From an uncultured bacterium (GTDB taxonomy: Bacteria; Acidobacteriota; HRBIN11; JAKEFK01): a stretch of 64,000 nucleotides of DNA. Position 1 is the first letter of the stretch; each line of letters opens with the position of its first letter. A model generated the notes under the pieces. The model was not told the origin of the DNA and did no database searches. It worked only from the letters and a program-made list of their open reading frames with translations. The position numbers were made by a program, and so were the translations under genes. Shown here in pieces: positions 29,340 to 39,407 of this stretch. The stretch is taken from NCBI GenBank assembly GCA_963777505.1, contig CAVZQN010000011.1, forward strand, positions 96,001-160,000. Direction: 5' to 3'.

Positions 29340-31443
29340 TCAATCCTGATGGGGCGGGTTTTCCTTCAGCCCGCCTTCATTTAATAAAATCTCTTTCGCA
29401 GACTGCACTGCATCTTGAGTCCCAATCAAAGCCAGGATATCACCTTCACGAAGTTTCTCGCTCCCACCCGGTACAACAACGCCTACAGTTTGCCTGATGA
29501 TTGTAATTACGGTTGCTCCAGTGAGGCTATGAAGATTTAACTCCGCCAGGGTCTTTCCTACTGAACTGGATGATGAATTCAATTCGACTTGATGAATCGA
29601 TCCTAATCCCGGCAGCAGTTCCTGAAGTTGTCCAACCACATCTGTTTTCTTATCTGTGATGGTTTCTTCAGAGCGCAAGGATCTGATTCTGGATTGTTTT
29701 GCCAGAGTTTCTAAAATGATCTCTCCGCCTGCCCGCACATGACCCTGCAAATTGGAAGCTCTTTGCCAAAAAACAAGACCAGCGATAACAGCAATTCCTA
29801 AAACTAAAATTGCTGTTGCTATTGCTGGAAGAAATGGTTGTGTGGCCGAAAGAATTACAATTGTAAGAACAAATACCATTCCATACTCAAGCGTTATAGC
29901 CATCAGACTGCGTGGTGCTTCTGCCATATCAACTTTGTCGGTTTGCGCAGCAGGAAGGGCTTGCTCAGCCAAAAACAATCCTAACGCTCGAGCTGCTCTG
30001 ATCATTCCGATCAGGAAAGGGGCAGCAATCATGACATGCAAATGCAATCACAACCCATTTACTGTAAGACGGGTTAACGTTGATCAGTTTTTCAACAAGT
30101 TCGGTTAGTGGAGTCATACCAATTGAAGTTCCAATAATGACAAGAATGATAAAAAGCGTGTCGACCAATACAATGAGAATCAGCCTTCGGCGTTTCGAAG
30201 GGTTATGACTCCGCGTTCGCAGCTTTTCAATCCAGGATGCATAGAGTGTAACGAATGTCTGAATGGGTTGAGGTAGATGTTGATCAACGGAGGATGCAAT
30301 TTTGACAGACATTCGGATTAGCGCAGGCGTAATGAAAGTTGTAATCACTGATACTGCAATCGCCACCGGAAAGAGAAACTCGCGAATTGCACCGAGTGCG
30401 AGTCCGGCGCTTGCAATGATGAAAGAGAATTCACCGATTTGTGCCATGCTAAAACCAGCTTGAACCGAAGTGCGGACATCGTTTCCGGTCAGAAAAGCGC
30501 CGACGCTTACACTGAGAATTTTTCCGATCACAACTATGCCGGTTAATACAAGAATCGGAATCCAATATCGAAGTATGAGTGAAGGATCTACAAGCATTCC
30601 AATGGAAATAAAAAAGATTGCCGCGAAAAGATCTCTCACCGGTGCTAATAAATGTTCGAGTGTCTTTTCTTGCCCCGATTCTGCGACCAGTGCGCCCGCA
30701 AGAAATGATCCGAGAGCTACTGAATAGCCGACCTTTTGCGCAAGAAAAGCAAAACCCATGCAGACGCCTACTCCGAAAATAAGCAGCGTTTCTGCATCAT
30801 TTAGTTTTACGATTGAGCGTACGGAACGAGGCACCACAAAAAATCCGATCAAAACAAGCGCTGCAAGAAATGCGATGAGTTGTAAAGCTGTTCTAGGCAA
30901 AACTGTTGTAGCCGATTCGCTTGCGCCAGAAAACGCCGTGAGAATTGCGATGAGAAGCACCGCGACAAGGTCTTCAAAAATTAATACTCCAATAACAAGT
31001 TCTTTGACTCTTTGTCCGACGCCTTGTTCCGAAAAGGCCTTTGCAATAATCATCGTACTGGAGATCGCAAGCATGGCTCCTGTATAGAACGACTCACTGG
31101 CAGACCATCCGAAAGCCTGGCCAATCAAATAGCCGAGCCAAATCATCAGCGCAATTTGAATTAACGCGATAATCCCTGAAGTCGAAGCAAGGCGAAGCAT
31201 CTTTCGAAAACTAAACTCCAGGCCGATCGCAAACATGACGAAGATCACACCCAATTCTGAAAGAGCATGAATGCGGTCCATATCGGCAAAGAGTGGAATC
31301 GGAACAGATGGACCGACAATCGCACCTGCTATCAGGTAGCCAAGCACGACTGGCTGTCGCAGTTTTTTGCAGATTACAGTCGTGATCGCGGCAACTAAAA
31401 ATACAAGCGCCAGATCTTCGACGAAACCCCGAGCATGTTCCAT
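29340..31443 (-). CDS. CPA2 cation:proton antiporter with C-terminal TrkA-C domain, frameshifted near 30045
   Basis: LGYLIAG, ELGVIFVMFAIGLE, FEDL, RDLFAAIFF, QIGEFSF; TrkA-C GKTLAELNL...LREGDILALIG. Confidence 0.88.
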
Positions 31444-31522
31444 AATGTTTTCAATTGTCTGATGCAGTTATTCTGAAAAAAATCGAGAGTCGATTGGATG
31501 ATAAGTTAAAAATCGAGAATCT

Positions 31523-32293
31523 TCACGTGATTATTTTATGAATGAAATTCACCATTGCATCATATGTAAGACTTTGTTGTTCTCTATGGGGCGTATGCTT
31601 ACAATCTTCAAGAACTAACGTTTCAACATTTCCTGAACATTGAGCTGCAATCGCTTCAACCTGCCGCAACGTTCCGAAGTTATCTTGCTTTCCTTGTATA
31701 ACAAGGACAGGGCAGTTCACGTTCGGTAAATATTCTTCAATGTTCCAGGATCGAAAAGCAGGATCGAGCCAAACTCTATTCCAACCCCAAAATGCATTGT
31801 CCACATTCTTGCCATGATAACGTTCAAGACGTGATCTGAGTGTGCCGTTCCGGTATTCTTCACCAGACTCGAAAATACTCTGTACTGTAATGTCTTCAAC
31901 AAATACATGAGGCGCTTCCAGGATCAACGCTGGAACTTTGTTTTGGTGATTCGTCGCTGTATAGATAAGCGAAATTGAACCTCCATCACTATGGCCAATT
32001 AAAATCGGATTGCTAATTTTGGCCGCGTCAAGAATTTCTGGCAGGATCGTTAGTGCTTCATCATGCATGAAGCGAACTGGCCGTGGAAGGCTAATAGGAT
32101 CGGAAAGACCGTATCCATATCTGCTGTAAACGAATGCTTTGCAGCCGGTGGCTTCAGCGATTCTGGCTGGAAAATCTCGCCATAATGAAAGACAGCCGAT
32201 TCCATCATGAAGGAAGACAAGTGTGGCGTCAGTCTGGTTTTCGCCAAACCATGCATACTCAATCTTGCCATGCGTTAAATTCAAATGAGGCAT
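31523..32293 (-). CDS. Alpha/beta hydrolase
   Basis: FLHDGIG, GHSDGG nucleophile elbow, IQGKQD, HTPH. Confidence 0.88.
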   Translation of the reverse strand: MPHLNLTHGKIEYAWFGENQTDATLVFLHDGIGCLSLWRDFPARIAEATGCKAFVYSRYGYGLSDPISLPRPVRFMHDEALTILPEILDAAKISNPILIGHSDGGSISLIYTATNHQNKVPALILEAPHVFVEDITVQSIFESGEEYRNGTLRSRLERYHGKNVDNAFWGWNRVWLDPAFRSWNIEEYLPNVNCPVLVIQGKQDNFGTLRQVEAIAAQCSGNVETLVLEDCKHTPHREQQSLTYDAMVNFIHKIIT

Positions 32294-32329
32294 AGCAATA
32301 GTGTATGCTCACTTGCCGTGTTTTAGGTT

Positions 32330-32935
32330 CTAAGAGTTTTTGAGGCAAATAGGGAAGTTGACCTGCAACCCTGATTTTGAATTACCAGACACCGGGCGAA
32401 CTAAACTCGCGTCTGTAATGATTGGATCTTTCTCAAAAGTCTTTTGCGGATTCCCTTGAAAGAATGGATCCGAATCGAAATAGAGTTGTGTGATCAAGCT
32501 TTGATTGGAAGGCGAACTAATTTTGTAGTGGATGTGTTGGGCACGACCGCCATAATTTCCCGGCAAGAATGTTTCGAAAGTATATTGGCCATCGCTATTC
32601 GCCCGAATGCTAGCGCGATATAGATAGCCATCCATATCGTAATCGCCTGAAGGATCGGTATGCCAGACTTCAACGATTGCATCCTTGATTGCTTTTCCTC
32701 CAATGTCTGTAACTTTGCCTGAAACAACCAGTGGTATGCCTTTCTGTGATTGCTCGCGCAGCAATTCGCGGAAAGGAGCGCCTTGTTTGTAAAAAGGACC
32801 CGCGGTAGCGGCAGGCGTTGGACAAGATTCTGCCCATGCGATTACATTAAACAACGGAGAGACTGCAACAACCGAAACTAGATTGGCACTCTGTTTTATA
32901 AATTCACGACGCGTTTTCATTTGATAAACATTCAC
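32330..32935 (-). CDS. Tat-exported intradiol ring-cleavage dioxygenase-like protein
   Basis: TRREFI Tat motif; GPFY, EVWHTDPSGDY, PGNY..RAQHIH, LITQLYF. Confidence 0.85.
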   Translation of the reverse strand: MNVYQMKTRREFIKQSANLVSVVAVSPLFNVIAWAESCPTPAATAGPFYKQGAPFRELLREQSQKGIPLVVSGKVTDIGGKAIKDAIVEVWHTDPSGDYDMDGYLYRASIRANSDGQYTFETFLPGNYGGRAQHIHYKISSPSNQSLITQLYFDSDPFFQGNPQKTFEKDPIITDASLVRPVSGNSKSGLQVNFPICLKNS

Positions 32936-33059
32936 CTAAGTGTGTAGTTAATTCTACTACAACTGTAGGAAATTGTCAAAATCCAGAACGGAAATCTGCT
33001 TCACAATTTGAATGCTATATGTTTTTAATAATAGTCGAAATAGAAAAGGAGTGTAACTC

Positions 33060-33614
33060 TTGGAAATTTTGCATCAGCCCTTGCCCTGGTATGTGGGAGG
33101 TATTTTGATTGGCCTCATGGTTCCGGCGCTTCTTATTTTTGGGAACAAACAATTCGGAATTTCATCTTCCATGCGGCATCTATGCGCTGCGACCATTCCG
33201 GGAAACATCAAGTATTTCAAATACGATTGGAAAAAGGAATCCTGGAACTTATTTCTGGTATTGGGATTGGTGATCGGAGGTTTTATTGCAGCAACGTTCA
33301 TGTCCAATCCAAACGATATTGCGATTTCAGAAGCGACTAAAGCCGATTTAATGAAATTAGGTCTGACAGATTTTTCTTCTTACATCCCCCGCGAAGTTTT
33401 TGCATGGAAGCAACTAATGACACTGCCCGGGTTTCTCTTGATCATAGTTGGCGGTTTCTTGGTCGGTTTCGGAACAAGATATGCGAACGGATGCACTTCC
33501 GGTCATTGCATTATGGGCACATCACTGCTGAATGCCGGTTCACTCGTGTCCACCGTATGTTTCTTCATCGGTGGGCTTGTGATGACCTGGTTAATATATC
33601 CGCTGATTTTTTAA
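33060..33614 (+). CDS. YeeE/YedE sulfur-compound transporter subunit
   Basis: GISSS, GFGTRYANGCTSGH. Confidence 0.88.
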   Translation: MEILHQPLPWYVGGILIGLMVPALLIFGNKQFGISSSMRHLCAATIPGNIKYFKYDWKKESWNLFLVLGLVIGGFIAATFMSNPNDIAISEATKADLMKLGLTDFSSYIPREVFAWKQLMTLPGFLLIIVGGFLVGFGTRYANGCTSGHCIMGTSLLNAGSLVSTVCFFIGGLVMTWLIYPLIF

Positions 33615-33623
33615 AGCAGAAGA

Positions 33624-34034
33624 ATGAAAAACTTATTGTTTCTTTTTTTCGGAATCTATTTCGGAATCGTTCTGGTGAAAAGCGAGGCAGCTTCGTGGTT
33701 TCGCATTCAGGAGATGTTCCGTTTTCAATCGATTCACATGTATGGAATCATGGGAATCGCAGTTGCAATCGGTGCACTTTCGGTTTTCTTAATCAGAAGA
33801 CTGAAAATAAGATCAATAAATAATGAAATCATCAACCTTACAGGTAAGCCTTTCACCAAAGGGAATGTTATTGGCGGAATCATTTTTGGCCTTGGTTGGG
33901 CCATGACCGGTACATGTCCCGGACCGCTTTATACTCTTGTGGGGGGCGGCTATTTAATCATCATTCCCGTATTATTAAGCGCAATTTTTGGCGCCTATGT
34001 TTACGGGCTGCTCCGCGAGAAGTTGCCGCACTGA
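33624..34034 (+). CDS. YeeE/YedE family partner subunit
   Basis: RIQEMFRF, FGLGWAMTGTCPGP. Confidence 0.85.
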   Translation: MKNLLFLFFGIYFGIVLVKSEAASWFRIQEMFRFQSIHMYGIMGIAVAIGALSVFLIRRLKIRSINNEIINLTGKPFTKGNVIGGIIFGLGWAMTGTCPGPLYTLVGGGYLIIIPVLLSAIFGAYVYGLLREKLPH

Positions 34035-34041
34035 GTCAGTG

Positions 34042-34071
34042 TTGCAAAAATTCAAGACAAAGGCTTACAAT
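34042..34071 (+). promoter_or_regulatory. Sigma70 promoter for tRNA-Leu
   Basis: TTGCAA-N18-TACAAT ending 24 nt upstream of the tRNA. Confidence 0.5.
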
Positions 34072-34095
34072 ACTGGTTCTCTTTCTGCTCCAAAA

Positions 34096-34181
34096 GCCGG
34101 AGTGGCGGAACTGGCAGACGCACCGGACTCAAAATCCGGCGCTCAGTGATGAGCGTATCGGTTCGACTCCGATCTCCGGCA
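34096..34181 (+). tRNA. tRNA-Leu(CAA), CCA not encoded
   Basis: Acceptor stem GCCGGAG/CTCCGGC, D-arm TGGCGGAACTGGCAGACGC, anticodon arm CCGGA-CTCAAAA-TCCGG, long variable arm, GGTTCGACTCC. Confidence 0.95.
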
Positions 34182-34248
34182 CAACACTGCCTTACAAGCT
34201 GCAGCCACGATTCAGAAACCCGTTTTCTTGGTGTGAATGCCAGATAAA

Positions 34249-34653
34249 TTAATAGAACAATTTATTGTCCGCATTCTTCCCGCCGGAAAAACATTTTTCT
34301 ACAGCTTTAATGAGGTGTGCATCTTCAAATGGTTTTGACAGAAACAGGCAAGGTTCTTTAAGTAAGACCCTTCTAATCTCTTGTTCTTGCTTATTGGATA
34401 GAAAAATAACTTCCGTAGTTGGACTGATAGCCAAAATAGTATTAGCAACATTCACGCCTTGCATTTCCCACTGTATGTGAGGCTCAATCAGTAATATCTG
34501 TGGCGGTGTACTTACGGCAATTTCAACTGCTTCTGTCGATGTGAGGGCTAAATCTACGAAGTAACCTTCTTTAATCAAGGTAATTGTTATGGCATCTGCA
34601 AGAGTGAAGTCTGGTTCTACAATTAAAATGCGCAGAATACTTTTAATTGGCAT
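34249..34653 (-). CDS. Single-domain response regulator, copy 1 (Glu at the phosphoacceptor position)
   Basis: RILIVEPD...ILLIEPH...VIFLS...FLSKPF. Confidence 0.8.
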   Translation of the reverse strand: MPIKSILRILIVEPDFTLADAITITLIKEGYFVDLALTSTEAVEIAVSTPPQILLIEPHIQWEMQGVNVANTILAISPTTEVIFLSNKQEQEIRRVLLKEPCLFLSKPFEDAHLIKAVEKCFSGGKNADNKLFY

Positions 34654-34700
34654 TGTATCCCTCTTCGGCGAAGGATTAACTTAGTACACCAGCAAATTTT

Positions 34701-34882
34701 TTAGCCCAAATCACCCCTAGTCTTTCTTAGTTCTTCCCCAACGAACTCTTTTCCGCAGCACACGCAATAAAAAAAGATACTGATTCTCTACCAGATTGAA
34801 TCGTTCCTTTAAGACGCGTTTGACCACCACAACCTGGACATATCCGGTGGTCGCCCATTTCAATGGCATGTTTATGCCTCAT
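34701..34882 (-). CDS. CPxCG zinc-finger microprotein, copy 1 (indel in the T7 run near 34770)
   Basis: SD AGGGG; ICPGCGGQ...GTIQSGRESVSF; adding one T restores FYCVCCGKEFVGEELRK, matching the paralog at 38147. Confidence 0.7.
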
Positions 34883-35144
34883 CGTCCCCTGATTGGCGCT
34901 CGTTACTATCAGGAAATTGCTTCTAAAGTTGCAATGGATCGCGTTGAAATGCAGAGTGATAGTCATTCCTTAAAACTCCTGCTGGAGACCTTAGTAATTG
35001 TTTGAAAACCGAGGAAACTACACCTCTGGAACCCGGTGTAAAAGAATTCAAAATCTATGCGAAAGGAAGTGGCATAATCCAGGATGGATCTCTACTACTA
35101 ACAAAATACGGACGCGTTACTCTAAAAAAGCTGTACAAGGATTG

Positions 35145-37910
35145 ATGTTAAACATGCTTTCGCGGATTTCCATTCGCCCAGGTCTCTTCTTTTATATATT
35201 CATTGGAATCCTCTCTACGTCAATCTGGTTTGCGACTGATGCCTTCGGGCAAAGTCGAACAACCAGTGGCCTCACCGGAATTGTGGAAGATGAGAGCAGC
35301 GATGCAGCGGTTCCAGGCGCGATCGTTAAGATCGAAAGCCCTGACCTGATTGGAGGTGCTCGAACCGCAACCACAGATGAGAATGGGCGATTTAGATTCT
35401 TGGAATTACCACCAGGCATCTACAAGATCACCGTTACCCTGAACGGATACAAAACCGTACAAATCGAAGGCGTGAGACTTTCGGCTGGCATGACAGCAGA
35501 CATTCCAATCGATACGACACTCTACGTAGGTGAAGAGACGGTGATCGTTGAAGCCGGACCGAAAGAAATAGATCCGACGTCTTCCTCTCAGCAAACAGTG
35601 TTTCAGGAGGAATATCTCAAAAACATTCCTAACGACAGAGACACTTCCCACATTATGGATCTTGCACCCGGAATCAATATTGAGTCAGCGTTTGGTGGTG
35701 CTGAAGAATCCGGGATTGCATATCAAATGGATGGTGTGGACATTTCAGATCCTCAAGACGGATCACCATGGTCTTTTTTCAATTATAGTCTGATTGACGA
35801 AGTCGAATTAATCGCCCTTGGTGCACCTGCCGAGTATGGAGAATTCACCGGAGTCGTTTTTAACACAATTACCAAGTCCGGAGGAAATCAGTTCTCTGGT
35901 TCCGCAGAATTTTATTACAGCGACAAGAACCTTACTGCAAAGAATTCCGAATTTCTGGGTCTATTCCCGACAATCGAAAAGCATCAAGAAGAAAACGTTC
36001 AGCTGGGTGGTCCCATCAAGAAAGACAAGCTATGGTATTTCGTTTCAGCGCAATACGTAAAGGATTTATCAAGTGAAGGCGGGCCGATCGAAACACAGAA
36101 AGATCCGAGAGTCTTTCTAAAGCTGACATTTCAAGCTGACACTAAAAATACAATTGAAGGCTGGCTGGAATGGGATCATACGAAAGTCATTGGCAGGGAT
36201 GCAGACGCTTTTACTCCATTAGAAGCAACAACGGGAGAAGACAATCCGGAATTAGTCGGCAATTTTAGATGGAAATCTCAATTGTCGAATGATTCTGTTT
36301 TTACTCTTGCATGGGGTGGTTATTCCGGACATCGTCATTTTGATCCACACGGTGGCTTTTCAACTCCAGGTCATGAGGATGCACAAACAGGAAGAGCGTC
36401 TGTAAATGCGCGCCAGTTCGGCATCGTTGAAAGAAATCGTAATCAAATTAACGCCTTTCTTTCGCAAAACGTAAGTAACCTGATCACTGGCTATCACTCT
36501 TTTAAATTCGGAACCGAGATTGAGCGCTCGGTCGTCCACGATCGTTATGGCTTCCCAGGTGACGCGTTTTTTGTAGACAATGAGGGACCTGAGGAAGATC
36601 CAAGTACGGAAGAAGATGACTTCTTTACGCTAGCCTTTTTGGGAAATGGTTATGATGCCAATGGAACGAACCAACGCGTGTCTTTATATGCCCAAGATTC
36701 ATGGCAAATTACTCCAAGTTTTACGCTCAACCCCGGAATTCGATTAGATATAAACCGTGGCAAAGTTTCTGGAGGAGATACAGTTTTTAAAACATCTGGG
36801 TTAGCGCCGCGTATTGGATTCGCCTGGGATCTTGGGGATGACGGAGAGTCAATACTCAAAGCTCATTACGGACGATACTATGAAGCTCTTTATGCTGGCT
36901 ACTACTACTACATGGATCCCGGTGCATTCCATCCGCTTACTGTTAATAGAACCTTTAACGCAAGCGGATTCACCGAAACAATACTTTCAAATCCGGGCCA
37001 GAAGTACGCAATGGACCCGAATATCAAACATCCTTATTTGGATCAGTATATTTTTGGACTCGAGCAACAAATTCCATACGGGATCGTTCTTAGCGGCACC
37101 CTTGTATACAGGAAAAACAAGAATTTCATTGAGACAGTTAGCCGTGATGGTGTGTTCGTTCCTGTACCCGGAGTGATTCCTGACACAGGGCAACAGGTTA
37201 CACTCTTCGACCATCTGAATCCCAACTCGGATGTTCTGATTTACACAAATCCGCAGGGATTGCACCGCAAATATCGTGCAGTCATTCTTACAGCCAACAA
37301 AAGATTTCGAGACAACTGGCAACTCCTGGCATCCTATGTTTATTCAAAAACCCGCGGCAATATCGATAATTTGGGTTTCGATGAATTCGGAACCGGCGGG
37401 AATGTTCCGTTCTTCGATGGTCACTTTCTTGACACTCCTAACTCTTTTGTGAATGCCCAGGGAACATTAACTCACGATCAAACCCAGCAATTGAAATTTC
37501 AAGGAACCTACGTATTTCCTTCAACTAATTTATCGCTTTCGGCTAATTACACATACTACTCAGGCGATACATGGACACCACGCAACGACTGTTTATTGAC
37601 CGACGATGGGAACGGAATACTCGGAGATGGAATATTGGACTGTCATGAATTTCCACAAGGACCAGTTACATATTTATCGGAGCCTCGTGGCAACCGGCGG
37701 CTTCCGGCACGAAATGAAATTGATCTGCGTATTGCGTGGGAACCTGATTTTGGAAAACAGTATCAGCTAGGTCTGTATCTCGATATTTTCAATCTCACAA
37801 ATCAAACGCGGCCAACTGAAGTTGAACCTCAGGTTGGTGAGGAATTCGGAGAGCCCGTAAATCTTAATTTTCCGCGTAATGCTCGGCTAGGCCTGAGCTT
37901 CTCCTGGTAA
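35145..37910 (+). CDS. TonB-dependent receptor with N-terminal carboxypeptidase regulatory-like domain (Oar-like)
   Basis: Signal peptide; VPGAIV...TDENGRFRF..LPPG.Y; plug GAPAEYG..TKSGGN; LGGPIKKDKLW; terminal PRNARLGLSFSW. Confidence 0.9.
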   Translation: MLNMLSRISIRPGLFFYIFIGILSTSIWFATDAFGQSRTTSGLTGIVEDESSDAAVPGAIVKIESPDLIGGARTATTDENGRFRFLELPPGIYKITVTLNGYKTVQIEGVRLSAGMTADIPIDTTLYVGEETVIVEAGPKEIDPTSSSQQTVFQEEYLKNIPNDRDTSHIMDLAPGINIESAFGGAEESGIAYQMDGVDISDPQDGSPWSFFNYSLIDEVELIALGAPAEYGEFTGVVFNTITKSGGNQFSGSAEFYYSDKNLTAKNSEFLGLFPTIEKHQEENVQLGGPIKKDKLWYFVSAQYVKDLSSEGGPIETQKDPRVFLKLTFQADTKNTIEGWLEWDHTKVIGRDADAFTPLEATTGEDNPELVGNFRWKSQLSNDSVFTLAWGGYSGHRHFDPHGGFSTPGHEDAQTGRASVNARQFGIVERNRNQINAFLSQNVSNLITGYHSFKFGTEIERSVVHDRYGFPGDAFFVDNEGPEEDPSTEEDDFFTLAFLGNGYDANGTNQRVSLYAQDSWQITPSFTLNPGIRLDINRGKVSGGDTVFKTSGLAPRIGFAWDLGDDGESILKAHYGRYYEALYAGYYYYMDPGAFHPLTVNRTFNASGFTETILSNPGQKYAMDPNIKHPYLDQYIFGLEQQIPYGIVLSGTLVYRKNKNFIETVSRDGVFVPVPGVIPDTGQQVTLFDHLNPNSDVLIYTNPQGLHRKYRAVILTANKRFRDNWQLLASYVYSKTRGNIDNLGFDEFGTGGNVPFFDGHFLDTPNSFVNAQGTLTHDQTQQLKFQGTYVFPSTNLSLSANYTYYSGDTWTPRNDCLLTDDGNGILGDGILDCHEFPQGPVTYLSEPRGNRRLPARNEIDLRIAWEPDFGKQYQLGLYLDIFNLTNQTRPTEVEPQVGEEFGEPVNLNFPRNARLGLSFSW

Positions 37911-37954
37911 TCACCTTCATTCTAAAACTGTCTCCGTCACACACCGATGCAAAT

Positions 37955-38019
37955 TTTTCAACACGAAGGCGCCAAGGTCTTTCGTGCTTATTTGTGCCTT
38001 CGTGACTTCGTGTTGAAAA
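37955..38019. repeat. Inverted repeat (ACACGAAG family), possible terminator
   Basis: TTTTCAACACGAAG ... CTTCGTGTTGAAAA. Confidence 0.6.
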
Positions 38020-38146
38020 GAGCTACAGCCTTAAGGCTTCCAACTTATGACGACATCCAAATTACGACATGCAGTACAAATCGTCGTTGTTCGTGCATAG
38101 ATTCAAAGTGAGTATCAGTGAGGGATAAAACGACCGTGAGGTGTAA

Positions 38147-38335
38147 GTGTCAGATGATTCCAAGCCATCAAAAGACTCTCGATCTTCATCAACTAAAGCT
38201 CAGTGTCCCCACTGCGGTGATTCCGTTTACCCGCTAGGAACAATTAAGACTGGTAGAGAATCGGTGAGCATCTATCGATGTAATGGTTGCAAGAAAGAAT
38301 TTGTGGGTGAGGAACTGAGAAAGAAATCAAAGTAA
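38147..38335 (+). CDS. CPxCG zinc-finger microprotein, copy 2
   Basis: SD GAGGTG; CPHCG...GTIKTGRESVSIYRCNGCKKEFVGEELRK. Confidence 0.75.
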   Translation: MSDDSKPSKDSRSSSTKAQCPHCGDSVYPLGTIKTGRESVSIYRCNGCKKEFVGEELRKKSK

Positions 38336-38363
38336 GTATCTTTCTCAACATGAGAGGAAAACA

Positions 38364-38774
38364 CTGCCAATTAAAAGTAGCGCTCGCATTTTAATTGTAG
38401 AATCTGATTTCGCTATTGCGCAATCTCTTACAGTATTACTCTTAAAGCATGGCTTCTATATCGAACATGCCGACACGCCTACAGAAGCAGTGAACATGGC
38501 GATAAATAGTAGACCAAACTTGTTGATCATCGACCCTCATCTAGCCGGCGAGATGCAAGGAGTCGATGTAGCGAATACCATTCTGTCCTTGAGTCCAACA
38601 ACCGAAATCATATTTCTATCCACATGGAAGTCAGAAGAAGTAAAAAAAGTCATCATTAAAAAGCCATGTGAATTTTTTTCAAAACCATATGATGATGGAG
38701 AAATGATTGAAGCGGTAAACAAGTGTCTTGCGACCACTCACTCGAAGAGCTCCAATCAGGAATTGTTCTATTAG
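38364..38774 (+). CDS. Single-domain response regulator, copy 2 (CTG start, canonical Asp)
   Basis: SD GAGAGG, then CTG-PIKSSARILIVESD, in frame with ORF 38490; LLIIDPH; FFSKPY; paralogous to 34249-34653. Confidence 0.8.
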   Translation: MPIKSSARILIVESDFAIAQSLTVLLLKHGFYIEHADTPTEAVNMAINSRPNLLIIDPHLAGEMQGVDVANTILSLSPTTEIIFLSTWKSEEVKKVIIKKPCEFFSKPYDDGEMIEAVNKCLATTHSKSSNQELFY

Positions 38775-38790
38775 AAAGAGACTTAAACGA

Positions 38791-39081
38791 CTACTCGCCA
38801 GCAGCCGCTTTGATTTTGCAGGAACAATGAGGAACGCACGATCCGCATTCTGTGCAGATTCCATGGTCACGTTCGCAAAGACAATTTAACGCATCTTCAC
38901 GATAGCCACAGCACCAACAATGGTCACTGATTACTGTAGCTTTGCCGCATTCACAATCGGCAGGATGACCCACATATCGAACACCGTTAAAGTAAGCGTG
39001 TCCAATTGTATCAATCCGAGCTTCGCCTTCTGCATCGCGCAGTGCAGTATGAAGGTCTTTCAAATAAAGATCATCTTTCAT
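38791..39081 (-). CDS. Cys-rich small protein (multiple Zn/metal sites)
   Basis: CECG...HCWCCG...CLCERDHGICTECGSCVPHCSC. Confidence 0.65.
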   Translation of the reverse strand: MKDDLYLKDLHTALRDAEGEARIDTIGHAYFNGVRYVGHPADCECGKATVISDHCWCCGYREDALNCLCERDHGICTECGSCVPHCSCKIKAAAGE

Positions 39082-39111
39082 CTACAGCCATACTACATTA
39101 ATTCCGTGTGA

Positions 39112-39291
39112 TTAGTTTCTTGGGGCTACTGAAATTGCATACTTTGCGGGATCCAAATCAAATTGGTCTTTACATACGATGGAACAGAAATAATATGTAG
39201 CTCCTTGATATCCGCTGTTGCCGGCCGCATTCTCTTCAGTGACTTCCATTCCACAAATCGGATCAACGTGAACATTGTCGTTATCAGCCAT
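39112..39291 (-). CDS. YHS/TRASH domain metal-binding microprotein (59 aa, not in the ORF track)
   Basis: SD GGAGG; MADNDNVHVDPICGMEV...YQGATYYFCSIVCKDQFDLDPAKY. Confidence 0.85.
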   Translation of the reverse strand: MADNDNVHVDPICGMEVTEENAAGNSGYQGATYYFCSIVCKDQFDLDPAKYAISVAPRN

Positions 39292-39407
39292 TGCAGCACC
39301 TCCAGGAAATGTGCTGCATCAAAGGTAATCTTGAATCAATGAATTTCAATGCGTGACATCGATTTGACATTAATAATTCTGATCCGAAATTTTAAGCAGA
39401 AGAAACT

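Noticed and set aside
355-30050. Programmed frameshifting or phase variation as the cause of split genes
   Set aside because: The breaks are numerous, hit unrelated housekeeping genes and lack consistent slippery motifs; sequencing error is simpler
34890-35144. Riboswitch upstream of the TonB receptor
   Set aside because: No recognisable cobalamin, TPP or c-di-GMP consensus by eye; an Rfam/Infernal scan would be decisive
34096-39300. Integrative element or prophage at tRNA-Leu
   Set aside because: No integrase or phage genes, and I could not find a duplicated tRNA 3' end (att site) by eye
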